Below, piece by piece: positions 58,531-64,000 of a stretch of DNA of 64,000 nucleotides. This DNA is from Escherichia phage teqhad. The first letter of the stretch is position 1, and every line of letters begins with the position of its first letter. The stretch lies in sequence record NC_054933.1; one strand, given 5' to 3'. The position numbers were made by a program, and so were the translations under genes. Under the pieces are notes generated by a model. That model was not told the origin of the DNA. It worked only from the letters and a program-made list of their open reading frames with translations, and searched no databases.

Positions 58531-59527
58531 TTCAAGTGTTATCTATCGTGCGATAGTTACTTCAAAATTTAGAACAGAAAAAATGTTGAATTTTTATAAT
58601 TCAATTGGAAGTGGTCCGGATAAAAACACTATCTTTATCACATTTGGAAGATCAGAACCGTGGTCATCAAATGAAAATGAGGTGGGCTTTGCCCCACCTT
58701 ATCCAACCGATTCTGTATTAGGCGTAACTGACATGTGGACGCATATGATGGGAACAGTGAAGGTTCTTCCATCAATGCTTGATGCAGTTATTCCTCGCAG
58801 AGATTGGGGAGATACTCGATATCCTGATCCATACACATTTAGAATTAATGACATTGTAGTGTGTAACTCAGCTCCTTACAACGCTACTGAATCAGGCGCA
58901 GGCTGGTTAGTATATCGTTGTTTAGATGTTCCTGATACCGGAATGTGTTCAATCGCATCTTTAACTGATAAGGATGAATGTCTTAAGTTAGGTGGAAAAT
59001 GGACTCCTTCTGCTAGGTCAATGACTCCTCCTGAAGGTCGAGGAGATGCTGAAGGAACAATTGAACCTGGGGACGGGTATGTGTGGGAATATCTATTTGA
59101 GATTCCGCCTGATGTATCTATAAATAGATGCACGAATGAATATATCGTGGTTCCTTGGCCTGAGGAATTAAAAGAAGACCCGACTAGATGGGGGTATGAA
59201 GATAATCTCACTTGGCAGCAAGATGATTTTGGATTAATTTACCGTGTTAAGGCAAATACTATCCGTTTTAAAGCATATTTAGATTCAGTTTATTTTCCTG
59301 AAGCTGCATTGCCAGGAAATAAAGGATTTAGACAAATATCAATAATCACGAATCCTCTTGAAGCTAAAGCTCATCCAAATGACCCAAACGTTAAAGCTGA
59401 AAAGGATTATTATGATCCGGAAGATTTAATGAGGCATTCGGGCGAAATGATTTATATGGAAAATAGGCCACCTATTATTATGGCAATGGATCAGACAGAA
59501 GAAATCAATATTCTGTTTACATTTTAA
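58523..59527 (+). CDS. 8: baseplate wedge protein gp8
   Basis: 334 aa, same length and position as T4 gp8. Confidence 0.85.
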   Translation: MNDSSVIYRAIVTSKFRTEKMLNFYNSIGSGPDKNTIFITFGRSEPWSSNENEVGFAPPYPTDSVLGVTDMWTHMMGTVKVLPSMLDAVIPRRDWGDTRYPDPYTFRINDIVVCNSAPYNATESGAGWLVYRCLDVPDTGMCSIASLTDKDECLKLGGKWTPSARSMTPPEGRGDAEGTIEPGDGYVWEYLFEIPPDVSINRCTNEYIVVPWPEELKEDPTRWGYEDNLTWQQDDFGLIYRVKANTIRFKAYLDSVYFPEAALPGNKGFRQISIITNPLEAKAHPNDPNVKAEKDYYDPEDLMRHSGEMIYMENRPPIIMAMDQTEEINILFTF

Positions 59528-59532
59528 ATTAA

Positions 59533-59556
59533 GGGAGCCCATGGGCTCCCTTTTTC
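59533..59556 (+). terminator. intrinsic terminator hairpin after gene 8
   Basis: GGGAGCCC-AUG-GGCUCCC followed by UUUUUCUUU on the plus strand. Confidence 0.6.
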
Positions 59557-59558
59557 TT

Positions 59559-59566
59559 TATAAATA
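59559..59566 (+). promoter_or_regulatory. late promoter TATAAATA for gene 9
   Basis: Plus-strand TATAAATA 25 bp upstream of the gene 9 ATG. Confidence 0.55.
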
Positions 59567-59590
59567 CTATAAACTCATAAGGAAACCGCT

Positions 59591-60457
59591 ATGTTCATTC
59601 AAGAACCAAAGAAATTGATTGATACCGGCGAAATTGGTAACGCTTCTACTGGTGATATCTTATTCGACGGTGGTAATAAAATTAATAGTGATTTTAACGC
59701 AATTTATAATGCGTTTGGCGATCAACGTAAAATGGCAGTAGCAAATGGCACCGGAGCAGATGGTCAAATTATCCATGCTACTGGATATTATCAAAAACAC
59801 TCTATTGCAGAGTATGCAACTCCAGTAAAAGTTGGCACTAGGCATGATATTGATACCTCTACCGTAGGTGTTAAAGTTATCATTGAAAGAGGCGAACTCG
59901 GCGATTGTGTTGAATTCATTAATTCTAACGGATCAATATCAGTTACTAATCCTTTGACAATTCAAGCTATTGATTCAATTAAAGGTGTTTCAGGTAATTT
60001 AGTAGTAACTAGCCCATATAGTAAAGTTACTTTACGCTGTATTTCATCTGATAATTCTACGTCGGTTTGGAATTATTCTATTGAAAGTATGTTTGGACAA
60101 AAGGAATCACCAGCTGAAGGTACATGGAATATTTCTACATCTGGATCAGTTGATATTCCACTATTTCATCGCACTGAATACAATATGGCTAAATTACTAG
60201 TTACATGCCAATCGGTAGATGGAAGAAAAATTAAAACAGCAGAAATAAATATTCTTGTGGATACTGTCAATTCAGAGGTAATTTCTTCTGAATATGCTGT
60301 CATGCGAGTTGGGAATGAAACCGAAGAAGACGAAATCGCTAATATTGCATTTAGTATTAAAGAAAATTACGTAACGGCGACTATAAGTTCTTCAACTGTC
60401 GGTATGAGAGCAGCAGTTAAAGTTATCGCTACGCAGAAAATCGGGGTGGCTCAATAA
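59591..60457 (+). CDS. 9: baseplate wedge / long-tail-fibre socket protein gp9
   Basis: 288 aa, same length and position as T4 gp9. Confidence 0.85.
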   Translation: MFIQEPKKLIDTGEIGNASTGDILFDGGNKINSDFNAIYNAFGDQRKMAVANGTGADGQIIHATGYYQKHSIAEYATPVKVGTRHDIDTSTVGVKVIIERGELGDCVEFINSNGSISVTNPLTIQAIDSIKGVSGNLVVTSPYSKVTLRCISSDNSTSVWNYSIESMFGQKESPAEGTWNISTSGSVDIPLFHRTEYNMAKLLVTCQSVDGRKIKTAEINILVDTVNSEVISSEYAVMRVGNETEEDEIANIAFSIKENYVTATISSSTVGMRAAVKVIATQKIGVAQ

Positions 60458-62265
60458 TGAAACAAAATATTAATATCGGTAATGTTGTAGATGATGGTAC
60501 CGGTGACTACCTGCGTAAAGGTGGTATAAAAATAAATGAAAACTTTGATGAGCTTTATTATGAACTCGGTGATGGTGATGTTCCATATTCAGCCGGTGCC
60601 TGGAAAACTTATAATGCTTCATCAGGACAAACATTAACAGCAGAATGGGGAAAATCGTACGCTATTAATACATCTTCTGGAAGAGTGACTATAAATCTTC
60701 CAAAGGGCACAGTTAATGATTACAACAAGGTAATTAGAGCTAGAGACGTATTTGCTACATGGAACGTCAACCCAGTTACACTAGTAGCTGCTTCCGGCGA
60801 TACGATTAAAGGGTCTGCAGTGCCAGTTGAAATTAATGTTCAATTCAGCGATTTAGAACTAGTGTATTGTGCCCCAGGACGTTGGGAATATGTCAAAAAT
60901 AAACAAATCGACAAAATTACCAGTTCAGACATTAGTAATGTAGCTCGCAAAGAATTTTTAGTTGAAGTTCAAGGACAAACGGACTTTTTAGATGTTTTCC
61001 GTGGAACTAGTTATAATGTAAATAACATCAGAGTAAAACATCGCGGTAACGAATTGTATTACGGTGATGTGTTTAGCGAAAACAGCGATTTTGGCTCTCC
61101 GGGCGAAAATGAAGGAGAACTAGTTCCTCTTGATGGATTTAATATTCGATTAAGACAGCCTTGTAATATTGGTGACACTGTTCAAATTGAAACATTTATG
61201 GATGGTGTATCGCAGTGGAGAAGTTCATATACAAGACGTCAAATTAGATTGTTAGATTCAAAATTAACGTCAAAAACTTCTTTAGAAGGAAGCATTTACG
61301 TTACTGATTTATCAACAATGAAATCAATTCCATTTTCTGCTTTTGGATTAATTCCAGGAGAACCTATTAATCCTAACTCTCTTGAGGTTCGTTTTAATGG
61401 AATTTTACAAGAATTGGCTGGAACAGTTGGAATGCCGTTATTTCATTGTGTTGGTGCCGATTCAGACGATGAAGTAGAATGTTCTGTTTTAGGTGGAACT
61501 TGGGAACAATCTCATACCGATTATTCAGTTGAAACTGATGAAAACGGCATACCGGAAATTTTACATTTCGATAGAGTATTTGAGCATGGTGACATTATCA
61601 ATATCACCTGGTTTAATAATGATTTGGGTACATTATTAACGAAAGATGAGATTATTGATGAAACTGATAATCTCTATGTATCGCAAGGACCAGGAGTAGA
61701 TATTTCCGGTGATGTAAATTTAACAGACTTTGATAAAATTGGTTGGCCAAATGTAGAAGCAGTTCAATCTTATCAACGCGAATTTAATGCTGTTTCAAAT
61801 ATCTTTGATACGATTTATCCTATTGGAACTATATATGAAAACGCTGTTAATCCAAACAACCCTGTTACATATATGGGATTCGGCTCATGGAAATTATTTG
61901 GGCAAGGAAAAGTTTTAGTTGGATGGAATGAAGATATTTCGGATCCGAATTTTGCTCTAAATAACAACGATTTAGATTCTGGCGGAAATCCTTCGCATAC
62001 TGCAGGTGGAACAGGTGGTTCTACTTCTGTTACATTGGAAAATGCTAATCTTCCTGCAACTGAAACAGATGAAGAAGTTCTAATAGTTGATGAAAATGGA
62101 TCAGTCATTGTTGGTGGGTGTCAATACGATCCAGATGAATCCGGTCCAATTTACACTAAATACCGTGAAGCTAAAGCATCTACTAACTCTACTCACACTC
62201 CGCCAACATCAATAACTAACATTCAACCATATATTACAGTTTATCGTTGGATAAGGATTGCATAA
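60457..62265 (+). CDS. 10: baseplate wedge protein gp10
   Basis: 602 aa, same length and position as T4 gp10. Confidence 0.85.
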   Translation: MKQNINIGNVVDDGTGDYLRKGGIKINENFDELYYELGDGDVPYSAGAWKTYNASSGQTLTAEWGKSYAINTSSGRVTINLPKGTVNDYNKVIRARDVFATWNVNPVTLVAASGDTIKGSAVPVEINVQFSDLELVYCAPGRWEYVKNKQIDKITSSDISNVARKEFLVEVQGQTDFLDVFRGTSYNVNNIRVKHRGNELYYGDVFSENSDFGSPGENEGELVPLDGFNIRLRQPCNIGDTVQIETFMDGVSQWRSSYTRRQIRLLDSKLTSKTSLEGSIYVTDLSTMKSIPFSAFGLIPGEPINPNSLEVRFNGILQELAGTVGMPLFHCVGADSDDEVECSVLGGTWEQSHTDYSVETDENGIPEILHFDRVFEHGDIINITWFNNDLGTLLTKDEIIDETDNLYVSQGPGVDISGDVNLTDFDKIGWPNVEAVQSYQREFNAVSNIFDTIYPIGTIYENAVNPNNPVTYMGFGSWKLFGQGKVLVGWNEDISDPNFALNNNDLDSGGNPSHTAGGTGGSTSVTLENANLPATETDEEVLIVDENGSVIVGGCQYDPDESGPIYTKYREAKASTNSTHTPPTSITNIQPYITVYRWIRIA

Positions 62266-62924
62266 TGAGTTTACTTAATAATAAAGCGGGAGTTATTTCC
62301 CGCTTAGCCGATTTTCTTGGTTTTAGACCTAAAGCTGGTAATATAGATGTAATGAATCGTCAATCAGTTGGGTCAGTGACAATTTCTCAATTAGCGAAAG
62401 GATTTTATGAACCAAACGTAGAATCAGCTATTAATGACGTTCACAATTTTTCTATAAAAGACGTTGGTACAATTATTACTAATAAAACTGGTGTTTCTCC
62501 TGAGGGTGTTTCTCAAACTGATTATTGGGCATTTTCTGGAACTGTAACAGACGATTCTCTTCCTCCGGGTTCTCCTGTTACAGTATTAGTATTTGGTCTT
62601 CCAGTTTCAGCAACAACTGGAATGACGGCAATTGAGTTTGTTGCAAAAGTTCGTGTTGCCCTTCAAGAAGCTATTGCGTCATTTACTGCTATCAACTCAT
62701 ATAAAGACCATCCGACAGATGGTAGTAAATTAGAAGTTACTTATTTAGATAATCAAAAACATGTATTAAGCACATATTCTACATATGGAATAACTATTTC
62801 ACAGGAAATTATTTCTGAATCTAAACCTGGCTATGGTACATGGAATTTATTAGGCGCACAAACTGTAACTTTAGATAATCAGCAGACTCCTACAGTACTT
62901 TATCATTTTGAGAGAACAGCATGA
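62265..62924 (+). CDS. 11: baseplate wedge / short-tail-fibre attachment protein gp11
   Basis: 219 aa from [14 protein letters not shown]; TAATG junction with gene 10. Confidence 0.85.
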   Translation: MSLLNNKAGVISRLADFLGFRPKAGNIDVMNRQSVGSVTISQLAKGFYEPNVESAINDVHNFSIKDVGTIITNKTGVSPEGVSQTDYWAFSGTVTDDSLPPGSPVTVLVFGLPVSATTGMTAIEFVAKVRVALQEAIASFTAINSYKDHPTDGSKLEVTYLDNQKHVLSTYSTYGITISQEIISESKPGYGTWNLLGAQTVTLDNQQTPTVLYHFERTA

Positions 62925-64000
62925 GTAATAATACATATCAACACGTTTCTAATGAATCTCGTTATGTAAAATTTGATCCAACTGGTACAAATTTTCCGGA
63001 AGAGATTACTGATGTTCAGGCTGCTATAGCAGCCATTTCTCCTGCTGGCGTAAATGGAGTTCCTGATGCATCGTCAACAACAAAGGGAATTTTATTTCTT
63101 GCCACTGAACAGGAAGTTATAGATGGAACTAATAATACCAAAGCAGTTACACCAGCAACGTTGGCAACAAGATTATCATACCCAAATGCTACCGAAGAAG
63201 TTTATGGACTTACACGTTATTCAACAGACGATGAAGCTGTAGCTGGTGTTAATAATGAATCATCTATAACTCCGGCTAAATTTACTACAGCAATTAATCA
63301 CATTTTTGATACACGAATTTCTTCTGAAAGTTCACTTGGCGTTATTAAGTTATCATCTCTACCGCAAGCATTAGCTGGTGCAGATGATACTACTGCAATG
63401 ACTCCATTAAAAACGCAGCAGTTAGCTATTAAATTAATTGCGCAAATTGCTCCTTCTGAAACCACAGCTACCGAATCGGACCAAGGTGTTGTTCAATTAG
63501 CAACAGTAGCACAGGTTCGTCAGGGAACTTTAAGAGAAGGCTATGCAATTTCTCCTTATACGTTTATGAATTCATCTGCTACTGAAGAATATAAAGGCGT
63601 AATTAAATTAGGAACACAGTCAGAAGTTAACTCGAATAATGCTTCTGTTGCTGTTACTGGTGCAACTCTTAATGGTCGTGGTTCTACAACGTCAATGAGA
63701 GGCGTAGTTAAATTAACTACAACTGCCGGCTCACAGAGTGGAGGTGATGCTTCATCAGCACTAGCTTGGAATGCTGACGTTATCCATCAAAGAGGCGGTC
63801 AAACTATTAATGGAACACTCCGCATTAATAACACGCTTACAATAGCTTCAGGTGGAGCAAATATTACCGGAACAGTTAACATGACCGGTGGTTATATTCA
63901 AGGTAAGCGTGTCGTAACACAAAATGAAATTGATAGAACTATTCCTGTCGGAGCTATTATGATGTGGGCCGCTGATAGTCTTCCTAGTGATGCTTGGCGT
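62921..64000 (+). CDS. 12: short tail fibre gp12, N-terminal 360 codons; partial, continues beyond window end
   Basis: ATGA junction with gene 11; [22 protein letters not shown]...; repeated GV(I/V)(K/Q)L motifs. Confidence 0.85.
   Translation, partial: MSNNTYQHVSNESRYVKFDPTGTNFPEEITDVQAAIAAISPAGVNGVPDASSTTKGILFLATEQEVIDGTNNTKAVTPATLATRLSYPNATEEVYGLTRYSTDDEAVAGVNNESSITPAKFTTAINHIFDTRISSESSLGVIKLSSLPQALAGADDTTAMTPLKTQQLAIKLIAQIAPSETTATESDQGVVQLATVAQVRQGTLREGYAISPYTFMNSSATEEYKGVIKLGTQSEVNSNNASVAVTGATLNGRGSTTSMRGVVKLTTTAGSQSGGDASSALAWNADVIHQRGGQTINGTLRINNTLTIASGGANITGTVNMTGGYIQGKRVVTQNEIDRTIPVGAIMMWAADSLPSDAWR

Overview
This 64 kb window reads as a contiguous segment of a T4-like (T-even, Tequatrovirus-type) myophage genome, close to but not identical with T4 (the lysozyme differs from T4 at about three residues; denV and the internal-protein loci are more diverged). 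All comparisons to T4 are from memory, not from a database search. Bases 1-50272 are transcribed almost entirely on the minus strand and carry, in T4 order: the 5' part of DNA polymerase gene 43 with its translational operator, regA, clamp loader 62/44, clamp 45, rpbA, 46/47 recombination nuclease, alpha-glucosyltransferase, late sigma factor gene 55, nrdH-like/nrdG/nrdD (no intron), endonuclease VII (49), pin, nrdC, a long block of small early genes, rI.-1/rI/rI.1, tk, regB, a GrcA-like glycyl-radical protein, denV, lysozyme e, nudE, a 10-gene tRNA cluster, three capsid-targeted internal-protein-like genes, 57B (Acb1-like), 57A, and late genes 1, 3, 2, 4. From 50320 to the window end the plus strand carries baseplate genes 53, 5, 5.1, 5.4, 6, 7, 8, 9, 10, 11 and the start of 12. 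Intergenic regions are packed with UUCG-tetraloop hairpins, T4-type early promoters (GTTTAC-18 nt-TAnnAT), MotA-box middle promoters and TATAAATA late promoters. Features that look accessory or unusual relative to my recollection of T4: three free-standing homing-endonuclease genes (two HNH, one GIY-YIG), a macro-domain protein, a nucleotidyltransferase-motif protein next to a P-loop ATPase, several tandem paralog families, an altered tRNA set (Asn, Tyr and a GUG tRNA present, Gln not found), and at least six ATGA-coupled small ORFs below the 60-aa track cutoff. I did not find a single clearly novel multi-gene system; the best candidates are listed as findings with checks.
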